NCBI GenBank assembly: GCA_044892525.1
Contig: CM097888.1
Coordinates: 39,184,001-39,248,000 of the forward strand
Direction of reading: 5' to 3'
Length of the DNA: 64,000 nt
DNA from: Schmidtea polychroa
Taxonomy: Eukaryota
The notes beneath the pieces were generated by a model. It was given only the letters and a program-made list of their open reading frames with translations, was not told where the DNA came from and made no database searches. The translations under genes were made by a program, and so were the position numbers. Positions 37,101-47,971 of the stretch are shown in pieces (the stretch's first letter is position 1; every line of letters starts with the position of its first letter).

Positions 37101-40100
37101 ATTTTGTATTATAATTTAGTTATTTCAGACAAAATAATAACAATGAACGTTTAAGGCTTATCTATTTATAAATAGTTAAAATTTTACAACGCATCTCCCT
37201 GGATTTGCAAAGAAAACCAGTTCTTGAGAATACCCTGTATACCGAAATCATGACTTTGTATGGAAAACAGTGTCAATTGAAAAAATAACAAAATACGAAT
37301 AATTTAATCTGTTATGTTGAGTTATACCCACGATAATCCAAAAACTGTTTTAATTGTTTCAATAGCACATCATGTACAGCATAAGATTTAAAATTAATAA
37401 CCAAATAACATCATATAAATATAACAAATAATATAATAAAAATAATAATATTCAAAAAAGTAGGCACAGTGAAACATATTTCAATTAAATAAAACAAAAG
37501 AAAATGCCCAAATCGCGCTAAAATCGGTAGTAAAACATAATAATGCCAACAAGAAAAAGAAAATTAATTACACTCATATCTTGCTTTACGGCCTAGATAC
37601 GTTCGCTGAAAGTTTACCGCAAAGTGAAAAGCCGTATAACAACTTAATTATTTATTTATAAACCCATATAAATTTAATAGGATTGGTTCCAATTTTTGAT
37701 AAAATACATACCGTAGTTTTTAATTTTATATTAATTTATTTCTTTATATGTATTTCATACAAACATTGCATGCATATAAAATAAAAATACATAATAAGTA
37801 TAACATTTGAATTATAATGAACTGAAACTAACAAACTATTGTACTTCATCATCACTTTCTGCTGCTGAGGATTTACTTGGTTTAAAAAAATTGTCCGACG
37901 TTGCTTGTCTTGCCATGCTTTCTACTTCTTTTTTTCAGTTTTTTATAACAGCTAATGGTTGTGTTAATTGTTCGAGAAATTTTAGCGCTGCGTTCTACTT
38001 TGGGATCATTTTGAAGAAGGGTGTTTATTTCTTGTTCGAAATAAGACAGCGCATTTGACAATTTCTTTGATCTTAGCTGTTTGGATACAGCAGGTTTTGG
38101 CTCTGGTAGACTTCGTCAGTCGAAGTGACTTACAAAGTTGGACAATTTTCTCATCATCTTGAATACGATGTAAAACTACTAGTTTAGTCTCCAGTATGAC
38201 AACTTTTCCTCTTCTCTTTTTATTTTTATCAGTCTCTGAATTCCATGACACGGGACACATTTTGTCTTGAAAATGGGAAATTATAAATTGCAAAAACACA
38301 AACAGAAAACAAACAAGAATAAACACGTCTACTTTTAAGAGTACATGTGACTACACTTCAGATTAAAGTAGTAAAATACATGAGACCATGCGTGAGCTTG
38401 GTATTCCAACGACGTCTTAACGGCACTCGTCGCTAATAAAGCACCAGAGCCGTAACATCGAAACATTTTGGGCCTTATATCGAGGTATGAGTGTAATTAA
38501 CTTTTAAAAGAAAATTCGAAAAGAAAGTTAAATCGACAAATGAAAAAGAATGAAATAAAAATTAGAACTCATTGATTAAAAACGTAACGCAGACGTTGAC
38601 GAAAAGACTAATCGGTTAAAAACTTATACACTATAAATACCGGGCAGTTGGACACTTTTACTTGAATCGTGGAATCAGAAGCTACTAAGTACAACGTATA
38701 GTTATTAAAAATATTTTTTCGAGTGGCACAATTTTTTTAATAATTATAATTTTTTAAGAATTCGAATTCGAATATCATGATGACATCCGAAGTTAAATAT
38801 CGAGAGGTGGTCGGAATAATAGTCAGTTCTTGCTCGAGGCTTAATAAGCTTCTGATAGGAACTGATTGTTTGGATGACCCTTCTGAGGATTGCCTTTGAG
38901 GCCAGGATTATTAACTGGTCTTAAATGTAAGTATCGGATGACGTCTGATCAGTGATTCTAGTTATTCATAATCCAAGGATGGTGCGGTCACTAAAATGAC
39001 TGAGTTAGGTCAAAATCAAGCGAACAAAGAGAGGTTATAAGTCATGAGAATTTCATTAGTTGAATTCTGAGATAGGTTACTAGAGTGCAATTTTTCGACA
39101 AATGTAGGACCTCAATATCAATCATGTAATAGCAAAGAGCTCTAAAGTGAGGTATCTAGAGAGAATTGTCTAGTGAAGTGATCATATAAGATCGAACATA
39201 CCACAATCACACTCGAAAAAGACAAATCAAAAGTTCACATTTTGCACTTGAATTGAGTAAGATATGAACATATTCGCATGCTAGATTCGAGTTATATGAA
39301 CTACACGCAATATACCGAAATAGTATGGGAACGATAATTGATCAAAATAAAATTAAGTAGGATATCAAACTTAGTCAGTTATAACATGACCCTATCGTAA
39401 ATAAGTCATTAAAACAACAGTATGATTTCGAGGATTTTTATGACCATTCACAGCACATCATCAGTCAAAACTACTCTGTTGAGAGTTCCGTATATTTTTA
39501 GTCCAATCAGAAGTTAACATTAGGAATATTTCATGACGCAAATACATAAGAGAACAGTGTTTGAATTCGACTTAAGTATAATTGCAATTCAAGAAATTTA
39601 ATTTTGACAAATTCTTTCGACTATCCATTTTAGGAATGAACCAACTACATACTGGATCAAAGTTCTGCAAAAAATAGTGGTTTAACTTAACGTGGTTTAA
39701 CTTTTCTCAGTGACACGGAATTCCTTGGTTCTCAGTATTATGAAAACTACCTGAGAATTTTGAAGTTAATCGCAGAGTATAAGTTATCATTTAACCAAAT
39801 ATGATAATGAAGGCCGTGAAAACCCTCTTATTTATCTTCCACAGTATGCCAATAAGTAATTGAAATAATAGGAAATAGAATTCTGGAAGATATTGTAAAG
39901 GATACCCAGGAAGCCAAATATTTTTTTCTGAGCGTTGATACGACATCAGAAATTTTTCACATTGATCAACTGGTTGTAGTGTTTAGATATATTGGAGTGT
40001 CACATGTTAAAGTGGTAGAACGTTTTCTCACATTCATTTATAACTATTTTGATGTTCATAAATAAATTCGACATTGAAATCAAAACCTGAGAGGACAGCC

Positions 40101-43100
40101 TTATGATATGTCAGGGTCCTACAGTGGTCTTCACTTTCATATTGTTAAGATTAATCATCTTGCACAATACATTCGTGCACAGCACATGTTTCAAATGTTA
40201 TGACAGCGTTAAGAATTTTTAGGTGGATCATGAACATAAACGCTACTGGCGAACGAAGTTAAAATTACTGAAAAATTGTCATCAATCTTCAATGACAACA
40301 GAACGACTGAACTCACTTACAATTATGCCCACGTAATACAACAACTTACAAGAGGTCAATTTCCAAGATATCCTGAAAGATTTCACAGCAAAGAAATTGA
40401 CGATAGTGAAAATTTAAAGTTTCGTTGGTTTATCAAAATTAAAAATACGTAATTTCTGTTTAATAATATTTATATATCCTTTAAAATTTTCAAAATTTCT
40501 TCAAAAATTTCTTCAAAAATTCACCATATATGAATATTTACTATTTTGATTTGCTATTAAAAATGCTAAAATCAAATGCTAAAAAATTCTATTTAAAATG
40601 TTGAATAAAGACAATTCTTGGGATATTTAATAACATCATAAAATAAATAAAAATTTCTAATTCATGAATTTTTAATAAAAAAAATTTGTTACTTAGTATT
40701 ATAATTTTTACAGGTCATTTAAACAAAATAATGTTTACTTTTTTAAAAATTAAACAAAATTGTAATTAATATTTTGGTTAGTCTAAAATTTTATATTCAT
40801 TTGAAAATCTTTCTAAATAAATTTCAAATAAATTATGAATTACTAACTTCTTCTTTTAGCTTGAAAATTTCTGTTGAACCATTTGAGATGTCTTGTTCAT
40901 TGATGAGGCGATCTGTGAATTAAATTTTATCCATAAACAACCATTATAAAAATATTGATTTCCGTTATTCTCACTTTGTGTCGAATTTGAAGTTGCAGAT
41001 AGAAAATTCCCATTAATTACAGCATTTGAAGACGGTGGATTCTGAACCATTTGCTTAAACGAAATTTGATTTAAACGGGAAACATTGAATGAGAAATAAT
41101 AAAGATAAAATTGATTATTTCATCAACATTACAGAATTTCTCGATCAAAAATGATCCAATCATAGTTGAGAAGCTGCTCAAAAAGAGAAGAAAATTTACA
41201 ATTGCTGAAGAAAATCATGAAATGTTTTCGTTACAGACAATTCTATATTTTCTCTAATAATCTAAAAAAAATTCATTTCCATGGTAACAGATATTTGTTT
41301 TACAATATGCCTAAGGAAATTCTCTCAATGATTCATTAAATTCTAAAAATAGTTTCTAAGATATTTGATAAAAATAATTTGATTAATTTAGAAAAAATTC
41401 CAATATGAAAATTAAACAAATTAGTGTCTAAAGAAAAAAAAACTGTAACTTACCGATAAAGGATTTGAGAAAAAGGAATACATTTATAAAACTGTCAAGA
41501 TCAAATGAGCCTTAATGTTCAAATATCCCTATTAATGTGATTATCAGTCAATTTAATTGCTTCGTGATACAGTCAAATCATATTTTTCCGATATGAAATT
41601 ATAGGGAATCAGATGGATAATAAAAGAAATTGTGTGCTATTTACTCTCGGCTCTCTACAGCTCTTTTATGAATATCCATTTGTATTTTGTCGATCGATAC
41701 AACTTTAATCATTCTTATGAAATGAACTGGATAAATTCATTGTGTCTGTGACATGTGTGTGTGTATGATTTGTGTGTCTGTGAATCGTGTGTTCATGGAA
41801 TAAACATCATATTTTAGAAATTAAACATTTATTAAATAAGCTACTTTTAGGATTTCTAAATTTGGTGGAAATAGAATTATAATTTAAAAATCTTTCTGAA
41901 ATAACTTTGTCTATATTCCCATAAATTATTTATTATTAGTTAAAAAAAATTGTGCTATTCTACAAAGTTTTAATTTTATGCAAAGAAATTTCTATTTTAT
42001 TAAATCCAAATTTCGGTTTATTGCATATTTTTTGTGGAGTGTGGAAATTTTTTTTGCGACAAATTTTTGTTTAGAAATTAAAATTTTTGAGTGATTAGAG
42101 ATTTTTCTTTTGAATGTTTAAATTTTATTAAGTTTATCATTTAATTTTTATTAAAAGCATTTTTATTATTTTAATATCATTTCATTTTGATCGATTTTGT
42201 GTATTTTGAAATTTTGAAAATACATTAATTATATAATAATTATCATTTAAATATTTCAAATTATGTATTTCTTATCCCATAATTTTTTATTATTTATTAG
42301 TAATTTATAAATTTTTTCTTGTAAGGACCACTTGAACAATTTTTTTTTCAAGCAAATTTACCTAAACCATAATTTTTGTATATTTTTAATATATATTATC
42401 ATAATTTACATGGCTTAGTTAAAATTTTACTACTTTACTTTTTTATTTGATTCAATTTGGATTTGAATGTTAATGATAAAATAAAATTTCCTAAAAAATA
42501 TTTTCTAAAAAAGAATAGTTAATTTAAAATTACATAGTAAGTTTTAAAAGAAACAACATTTTGAAATTAGATTATTACTAAATTTCTCAATCCTTATAAA
42601 AGCAATGTGATTAAATTTTGTAGCAACAATTATTCAACTTTTTGCATTAATTTCCTTTTTCAAATTAATACAACTTTTAATTAAAAACACAAGCTTACCA
42701 TATCGAACATTAATTAAAATCCAATTTGACAATGATACTATCACAATTGAGAAACGGTAAAATGGCGAACGATAAAAATTGAACAAATTTAAGTATTAAA
42801 GTGGTTTATTTCAATGACACATTTCTATTATATACCGCCATCTTGATGATTATTATTATAGCGGTATGTTGTTGAACGGTAGGATGTTTACAGCTGAAAC
42901 GAAACTCGATTTGTGATATATTCATTTTTAATTAGAATATTTCATGCATTTTATAAATTAAAATTAGTAAATTCTAACATGTATTAAATAGCTGTAATAA
43001 TTCCAATCTTCGTCATCATCATCTTCCTGAAATATATTAAACGTTGCTTTACCTATAATTAACTAATACCAATTTACCGATTTTTGTCTATGCCTAATTT

Positions 43101-46100
43101 CCATTGGAAGAAATTCAAATATTTAATCAATATCAGACCGAAGGAGCGTTAATAATATAATTTTTAAATCATCTATTTAATATATAATTCATACGTTTGT
43201 AATTTGTAAGGTAAATTATGTCTTCTAGATATTTTTCTATTGTTATGAATGAAAAATTCAGAATTTGATGTCCAATATACAGCGCCGAATTTAGATGAAG
43301 AAACCCTAAGGCTATTCCAATTATGAAGCCCTTTCAGCTCCCATTGTTAAGTTTGTAAGTTACATGATAGATAATAAAATATATCAATATGTTAAAAATA
43401 TCAAATTGTATATCATATAAAATTTTATAGTTATTTGATTTAAAAATTGATTCAATCCAAATATACATGGAAAAAAAATAGTAGATTAAAAGAATTTCTT
43501 TCTAAATTTTTTCGCACAAAATTCTTTTACAAGTTCATCAAAATTTATCTTTCTGTAGGTCTCACTTTCCATGCACAAAAAACTCAATGAAGACTACCTC
43601 TGAAGTCATTGTTCTTCTTAATTGATTTTTGATATTTTTAAGTCTTGAAAATGACCTTTCTTCAGTACAATTAGTGAATATTAAACTGAGAAACAACTAA
43701 CACGAATATAAACGAACGTCGGGATATCAATGAGCTGAACGCGTTGATATTAACTTATACATTTTTAATATTTATTTGATTATTTATATGCGTAGAATTT
43801 CTCCTTCTTTTCGGTCCAGTGTTTCAGTGTTCATTGTTTTTAGAATATGGTGATTTTAATTTTGCTAACAAAAATTGAATGTAAGCCCCTATTGATTTTG
43901 AGGCCCTAGACTGAAGCCCAGATAGCCTATAGGAAAATCCGGCCCTGTCTATATGTATATTACATTATAAAATGTCAACCGAATCCTTTAGCCTCCACAG
44001 ACACAAAAACATAAAGTACAAAATGTAATGGATAAAAATTGAACCTAATGAGATTGTTTTTTATCAGGTTGATTTGTAATTTTCGTTTTCAATATTTTAT
44101 CAAATGGTGTATAAACTAAAAATTAAATATGATAATCATGGCACAAAAAACAGAATTGATAAAAATAAATTATTCGCAAAATATTGAAAGATTGTATTAT
44201 ATGATGTGTGTGTCTAATAAGGATATTGATAAAAATTATGTAAAAAACTTGTTGAATGCTTGCAAATTGATTATGTTAACAAAAATAAAAAAAGGATATA
44301 TTCATGGTACTGGAGAATCTGTTTAAAAAAGATATCGATGTTTGTATATATGATAAAGTCAATGGTTTAGTAATTTTGGATCATGACGCCTATATTAACA
44401 AATTAAATGTTTTATTATCGTAATTTATGAAAGTGGAGATAACTCGTAGTAATAGAAAGTTATCACCAATGAAGGATAGAATAGTTTTGTTAAAACTGTT
44501 GAAAGAATTATCAGATTAGAAACATATGGGCGTTGATTTGGCTAAGTCTATTCATCCGAAAGGCTTCCAATCACCAAAGCTTTTTGAATTACCTAAAGTA
44601 CATAAAAGTGAGTATGCCCATGAGACCGATCTTGTCTATTGTAGGAACTACTCAATATAAAATTGCAAATTCTTTGGATGGATTATTGAAACATTTAATG
44701 GTTACTGATTTGGAATGTAAGGACAGTTCTGAATTTTCTATGTTTACTGCACAACTAGATAAAAAAAAGTACAGGTGAAATTATGGTATCATTTGATATG
44801 CGTAGTCTTTTAACGAATGTCCGACTATTAGAAACGATAGATTATTTCAACTACAATGTCATATGTTCATTACAGCTATTTTATGGATAATTCAATGCAC
44901 GTTAATTTAAATTCACTCAAAGATTTGCAATTACTATCAAATTTTGTTAATCAGAATGTCCAAAGTAATCCCGTCAGCAATAGCTTTAAAAAATCATTCG
45001 AATTCTTTCAAATCTATTAAAGTGTTATCTAATGCTAACAAAGGTAGTTCATGGTAATTTTTCGAAGTCGGTGGCGAACTTTCACCAGCTCTGACTCCAT
45101 TTTTAATAGAGACCGAGTCGTAATATTTTAATTTACCTCCTTCTCTTTCGAACAAACTTAAATTTCTTATAGACACTGGGTCTAGCAATTGACCATTCAA
45201 TCTTGCCAAAGGAATACCTTATCAATTTAAACTCCGGTTGAATTGTGTTCCGATCTCGTTTATAAGTTATAATTAAATCATTGCCATGTATGTTTAACTG
45301 TTTCTAAATTAATTTCCCGCATTTACTACTCATCGTTTAAAAACATACTTTCAGATAAACCACAATCTTAAGGTACAACAACATTACCACATCCTCGCTC
45401 AATTCTTTCGAGACCCGACAAACAGCGACCTATAAAAAACGTCAAACATAGTGACAACGTTTGTTTTCGCCGCATTGTTGAGGATACTTCTAAAGCTTCA
45501 CGACCTGCTCGAGTCTATTCTAATAAGGATTTGACACTTCTGATGCAAAAACTCACTTTTTTTATTATTTGCTTTTCTTTAAGATACTTTCAAAAACATA
45601 ACAATATTTTCAATAAAATAATGTCAGATATTTTTTTTACATCAACAGAATATATGACGTTACATTTCTAGATAAGTTCTTTTCATTTACCACATAATCT
45701 ACTTTCTATTTTGACTAAAATCATACAATAATTTTTATTAAATTTGATCACTACAAAAGGATATGTTCTATTTTTAACAAATAGTTACTATACTGGTATT
45801 TTTTAATTTCATCCTTAGATTTTTCATTAACCTTGCCTTTATCGGGTTCATATGCACACCACGACTTCCTGTGAGGACTGATTTAGTGAACCGTTAGACT
45901 TTCTTATCTATGCAGATTTTATATGATTGATTGTAAATTGAAAGGGATTTTGGGTCCCAACCTGTAAAATGATGAAACTTAGCCAAAATTTAAGTTTCTT
46001 CTTAGTAACAATGAAAACATTTCACAGATGGCATTTCACACTGTAAATTATTTTTGTTGTCATGCTTTTGATGCAATACTAAAACTTTCAACATATTTTC

Positions 46101-46300
46101 AACCTCTTTATTATTAACTATTATTTGATTAAGTCAATTAATTTTATTTGTAGATTTTTTTTGGTTGTTTTACATCATAAAATGATTTAAAAGCTTTTTT
46201 GTTTTTTTAGATCGTGAATTTGTTATTTAAAAAACTAAATATTACTAAATTTTTTTCAAATTAATTTATCTTTAAATACGGCCACCACAAGGACCAACAT
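10053..46300 (-). CDS. RBFOX1: Rbfox / fox-1 RRM splicing factor, joined gene model (~400 aa)
   Basis: Exons 46300-46280, 41053-40975, 40912-40848, 26236-26024, 25968-25915, 25856-25764, 21899-21830, 15961-15814, 15762-15684, 14630-14383, 10185-10053. All GT-AG with compatible phases, total 1203 nt. The RRM and C-terminus are diagnostic; the first exon is uncertain. Confidence 0.9.
10602..10818. repeat. 217-bp palindrome, probable Penelope-derived inverted repeat
   Basis: Arms of ~95 bp, near-perfect reverse complements; contains a hammerhead fold. Confidence 0.85.
10727..10759 (+). ncRNA. Minimal type I hammerhead ribozyme, U3-A8 variant
   Basis: tcac TTGAAAA a ggc agt gcc GAAA att C gtga: stem I 4 bp, stem II 3 bp, palindromic AATT stem III. 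Confidence 0.6.
12951..13369. mobile_element. MITE-like element with 18-bp inverted repeats (Mutator-like, uncertain)
   Basis: CCCGACAAATGCGCGCAA (12951-12968) and TTGCGCGCATTTGTCGGG (13352-13369); related arm near 36682-36698; no TSD found. Confidence 0.6.
14149..14316. other. Assembly gap
   Basis: N run; other gaps are at 19838-20031, 31828-32003 and 60335-60466. Confidence 1.
14383..14630 (-). CDS. RBFOX1: Rbfox exon (Ala/Thr/Asn-rich)
   Basis: TYNNLLGY...SLTSLNQG; TTCAG acceptor, GTAAGC donor; phase 0 to 2 fits both neighbours. Confidence 0.85.
15684..15762 (-). CDS. RBFOX1: Rbfox exon
   Basis: [27 protein letters not shown]; follows a 51-nt intron; phases fit. Confidence 0.8.
15814..15961 (-). 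CDS. RBFOX1: Rbfox exon
   Basis: [15 protein letters not shown]...; TCCAG acceptor; phase 1 to 2 fits. Confidence 0.85.
16581..16800 (+). pseudogene. Possible hAT transposase C-terminal remnant
   Basis: ...ILQFFPNV... resembles the region before the hAT dimerisation domain; a hAT-like end CTAGAGCCGGCACTG lies at 19134-19148; no TSD. Confidence 0.35.
17233..17871. mobile_element. Diverged MITE with ~110-bp inverted arms
   Basis: CCGCTGAGATACGTT/AACGTATCTCAGCGG and CACACAAACACAACACATA/TATGTGTTGTGTTTGTGTG pairs; both arms start TATAGAAA. Confidence 0.7.
18776..19013. mobile_element. Tigger/pogo-family MITE, 238 bp
   Basis: TA|CACTCATACCTCGC...GCGAGGTATGAGTG|TA; same family as 37571-38493. Confidence 0.92.
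21055..21235. repeat. Palindrome (83-bp arms, 15-nt loop) with degenerate hammerhead
   Basis: Arms 21055-21137 and 21153-21235; right arm reads tac CTGATGC t gaca ggaaaat tgtc GAAA tatat C gta (21169-21207). Confidence 0.8.
21830..21899 (-). CDS. RBFOX1: Rbfox exon, end of RRM
   Basis: [23 protein letters not shown] (cf. VNNATARVMTNKK). Confidence 0.95.
22050..22280 (+). pseudogene. Possible Harbinger transposase relic
   Basis: Broken D-T-N-F segment and [11 protein letters not shown] resemble the Harbinger N-terminal region; heavily degraded. Confidence 0.25.
25764..25856 (-). CDS. RBFOX1: Rbfox 93-nt RRM exon (RNP1)
   Basis: [31 protein letters not shown]. Confidence 0.97.
25915..25968 (-). 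CDS. RBFOX1: Rbfox 54-nt RRM exon
   Basis: [18 protein letters not shown]. Confidence 0.97.
26024..26236 (-). CDS. RBFOX1: Rbfox exon with RNP2
   Basis: ...[25 protein letters not shown]. Confidence 0.95.
26423..26504. mobile_element. 82-bp piggyBac-type MITE
   Basis: TTAA|CACGTTGACGGACA...TGTCCGTCAATGTG|TTAA. Confidence 0.85.
27530..30181 (+). mobile_element. Intact autonomous hAT transposon, 2652 bp, in an Rbfox intron
   Basis: TIRs TAGGGAATACAAT / ATTGTATTCTCTA; 8-bp TSD CATTTCAG (27522-27529, 30182-30189); CCCGGG/TCGAGTA subterminal repeats. Confidence 0.97.
28084..29967 (+). CDS. hAT transposase (BED finger, DDE, dimerisation domain), 627 aa
   Basis: WDYF...CNKC...HLRSRH; TVDEW; THDGA; CYNH; CRTRWNS; [11 protein letters not shown]. 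Confidence 0.96.
   Translation: MPKRSQTWDYFTKMSDQTTAKCNKCGSLIQTKGGNTKAMINHLRSRHEISINKCLEPDAPISIESGDFVSAFCAKRPKHDDVNILKFIKRASRNELLAKCAAKDGFSFRAITHSEAIRSFILSKNYDMPKSEVTIKNCIMKFCEEKQVELKQKLIKKGSNVKLSITVDEWTNNACIRFINVTLHSPTEKHNLGLTKIDGSCNATETIRLVELTLNKYGLNLKTDIVASTHDGASVMVKYGDEIDAISQLCYNHAIHLAVVSIFYSVKSSQSNNQIEEFSEYDDEEDNESLNGTDYLSSGANMNFVVDYQEEIFELSVDISNIVNETRRICKFFKKSSVRNSILQKHVVEQHGKKLKLLLDCRTRWNSLIVMINRFILLSGSIYKALDELGAMVPSDDHISSLKEIAQILEPLGEAVRELSKREANLLIAEGTLMFVFNKLKKIGTPLAIRMLDELLIKIKHRRNTSIVSLLMFLHNGKHPQSNEFFSYSTKHNIKITAKQIYEKLFVEPEPDPESPEVILQARSEICEVDEDDQDSLSKTLMTFLASPILESTQQLEKELKIMEGNSKRTPNLEQLYKALITIKPTSVDCEKTFSIAGNFCTKIRSKLMPETLSNLVFLKYYFNETK
32360..34295 (-). pseudogene. Polinton/adintovirus-type DNA polymerase B pseudogene (copy 1, 5'-truncated)
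   Basis: [59 protein letters not shown]; stops, frameshifts and a MITE insertion. Confidence 0.9.
32809..33076. mobile_element. Buster/Charlie-type hAT MITE, 268 bp, inside polB copy 1
   Basis: TIRs CAGGGGCGGGCAACCT / AGGTTCCCCACCCCTG; TSD ATCTAGGA. polB reads ELLD|TSNY across it. Confidence 0.95.
34310..35520. repeat. Degenerate AT-rich tandem array
   Basis: Recurrent ACAACAAAGTAATAAAATA core; a ~150-bp block recurs near 34400 and 34905, partly near 34770. Confidence 0.85.
35560..35980. repeat. Degenerate ~130-bp tandem repeats
   Basis: TTTGTAGAGAAATAAATTTTATCTATACAT-like unit near 35666, 35793 and 35935; GTATTACACACAA twice. Confidence 0.65.
36025..36320. mobile_element. Polinton-like terminal module with internal inverted repeats
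   Basis: Begins AGTAGGGTAACATGTGGA (cf. 56833); inverted arms 36092-36127 and 36286-36320; 36205-36280 is a reverse-complement homolog of 56845-56915. Confidence 0.6.
37571..38493 (-). mobile_element. Internally deleted Tigger/pogo transposon, 923 bp
   Basis: TA|CACTCATA...TATGAGTG|TA; CENP-B-type HTH remnant [32 protein letters not shown] plus a C-terminal remnant. Confidence 0.9.
39715..40410 (+). pseudogene. ZMYM/DUF4371-type hAT transposase remnant
   Basis: YLSSTV...[28 protein letters not shown]...[10 protein letters not shown]...VERFLTF...[15 protein letters not shown]. Confidence 0.8.
40848..40912 (-). CDS. RBFOX1: Rbfox N-terminal exon 3
   Basis: [22 protein letters not shown]; CACAG acceptor, GTTAGT donor; phase 0 fits the 26236 exon. 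Confidence 0.65.
40975..41053 (-). CDS. RBFOX1: Rbfox N-terminal exon 2 (QMVQ)
   Basis: QMVQNPPSS...; GTGAGA donor, 62-nt intron; MVQ resembles invertebrate Rbfox N-termini as I recall them. Confidence 0.7.
41454..41483 (-). CDS. RBFOX1: Candidate proximal first coding exon ([10 protein letters not shown])
   Basis: ATG plus 30 nt, perfect GTAAGT donor, phase 0. Confidence 0.5.
42979..43104 (-). CDS. RBFOX1: Candidate alternative first exons (MEIRHRQKS / [16 protein letters not shown])
   Basis: 43104-43078 and 43026-42979, separated by a 51-nt GT-AG intron; both phase 0. Confidence 0.45.
43280..43947 (-). mobile_element. Non-autonomous hAT, 668 bp
   Basis: Ends CAGCGCCGAATTT / AAATCCGGCCCTG; remnant [23 protein letters not shown]; TSD not preserved. 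Confidence 0.75.
44320..45540 (+). pseudogene. Decayed Penelope-like element
   Basis: [40 protein letters not shown] (RT motifs) and a C-terminal LESILIR GIY-YIG-like remnant. Confidence 0.75.
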
Positions 46301-46444
46301 CGCATGTAACAAGTAGTTAGTGGTAATTAACACTGTGGTGCATTGCGATAAGAGATAATGGTTGAAAAATATGATTCCGAACCTTGATGAAGAGTAAGAA
46401 TTAATGAGTTTGAGCCTGTGTGGAAGATTTATATTCCTTGTCAT
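46280..46444 (-). CDS. RBFOX1: Candidate distal first coding exon (start at 46300, MLVLVVA, or at 46444)
   Basis: Open frame ending GCC|GTATTT, phase 0 onto QMVQ. Confidence 0.5.
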
Positions 46445-47101
46445 AACCCATCACAATATACTCAAATAGACTTGATTAAAATAGCAAATGTACACATCTT
46501 ATTTTATACCAATTTATTCAATAGTGATTATTAAGATCTGTAGTATTTATGCAAAAAATAATATATTTATGCGTTGTTACGTGCTAGTCGACGAGTCTTT
46601 ATTGTATTATCGTCACTATTTCAGCCGCACCTATTGCCTCTTAACTGATATCAAATTCATCACTGTAAATTTGAGCAACTTAACTGTAAAAATGAATTGG
46701 TTATACATTAAGTTTTGGTTGCGGTTTTTTTCAATAATTTATAAATAAATACTCTATTTCCATAGTTTAGTTTATTATAGAAATATAAATTTATTTAATT
46801 TTTATATTATAAGAAATAAATTACCGTATTAACCCGAATTTAATACAAAGAATTATTTCTTCTAATATAAATGCCGTATCAGTGCGAATATAAAACTAGT
46901 CCTATTTTTTATCGAAAAAGTACATTTTTAAGACCCCTTATTTTGTGTCTACTCATGCTCGAAAATTCCCGGCGATCGAAAGGTTCGAATATAATGCTTT
47001 AATGCTATTTCTGAAGAAAAATTTAAGTTTATTTAAAAAAAATTAATTTTGGTTTCAAATACATTAACATATGTTTAAGCCTATGTTATATCTTTCTAAA
47101 G

Positions 47102-47553
47102 CAGTGCTCTTCAACCTTTCGCAGTCGTCGGAACCCTTCCAAAAACTTTCGCAGTCGTCGGAACCCTTCCAATAAAAATTTCCCCATGTATATGTGGGCA
47201 TGTATATATGTATTCAATTGGGGTTGTCGATGTGGTAATTTATAAAAAAATAATGCACTTTATAATATAAAATTATTTTATTTAAATAATTAATGGCAAA
47301 AATATAAAGTTTAACATAAAAAAAATAGAAATTTGATATTAAATGGTACTCAATGACTAGGTTGAGCCTGTTTTTTGCTACAAATTACATTGAAATCTGG
47401 TACAATTCTTGTAATTTGTAGCCTCATTTCATTTTCAGCATCTAATTTATTTCTGTATTTTTTTTTATAAGAAATCATAAAATTTGTTCGCGGAACCCAT
47501 AATTTTTTATACGGAACCCAAGGGTTCCGCGGAACCCAGGTTGAAGAACACTG
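47102..47553 (-). mobile_element. Buster-type hAT MITE, 452 bp, between the two divergent genes
   Basis: TIRs CAGTGCTCTTCAACCT / AGGTTGAAGAACACTG; TSD TTCTAAAG; remnant YRNKLDAENEMRLQIT...AQPSH*; internal 27-bp tandem duplication. Confidence 0.95.
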
Positions 47554-47971
47554 TTCTAAAGAATAGAAGCGCATTTAAAATGATAATTTTATGGGGACTT
47601 TAATTAAATATTTCCTTGAAATTGCAAAGCTTGTGTTCGGTCTAATCATTTGTTGTCAAATTAGTTTCAACCTCAAGAAAAATAAAAAGAAAGTATACAT
47701 ATTATAATATTTACGAAATATATCGAATACAATATAAGTTAAATATTAAGAAAAAATCAAAAGTTTATACCAAAAACTCAAAAAATTTTATTTAAATAAA
47801 AATTTTATAATTTTATTTAGAATAATTTTAGAACTTATAATACAATAAGTTATAATAAATTTTGATACTGTTTTCATTATGGCCGTTAATATTTTAATTT
47901 CATATTGTTTAAATGATATTCTAATTGTTTAAATTTCATATTAGTATTAGTAAACAAAAGTAAACAAAAAA

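Noticed and set aside
38878-38910. CTGAGGA...GCC/GGC as a hammerhead
   Set aside because: No GAAA or stem III follows.
38520-39500. Possible decayed LTR retrotransposon
   Set aside because: TATA-like box and coding-like composition only; no diagnostic motif or paired LTR.
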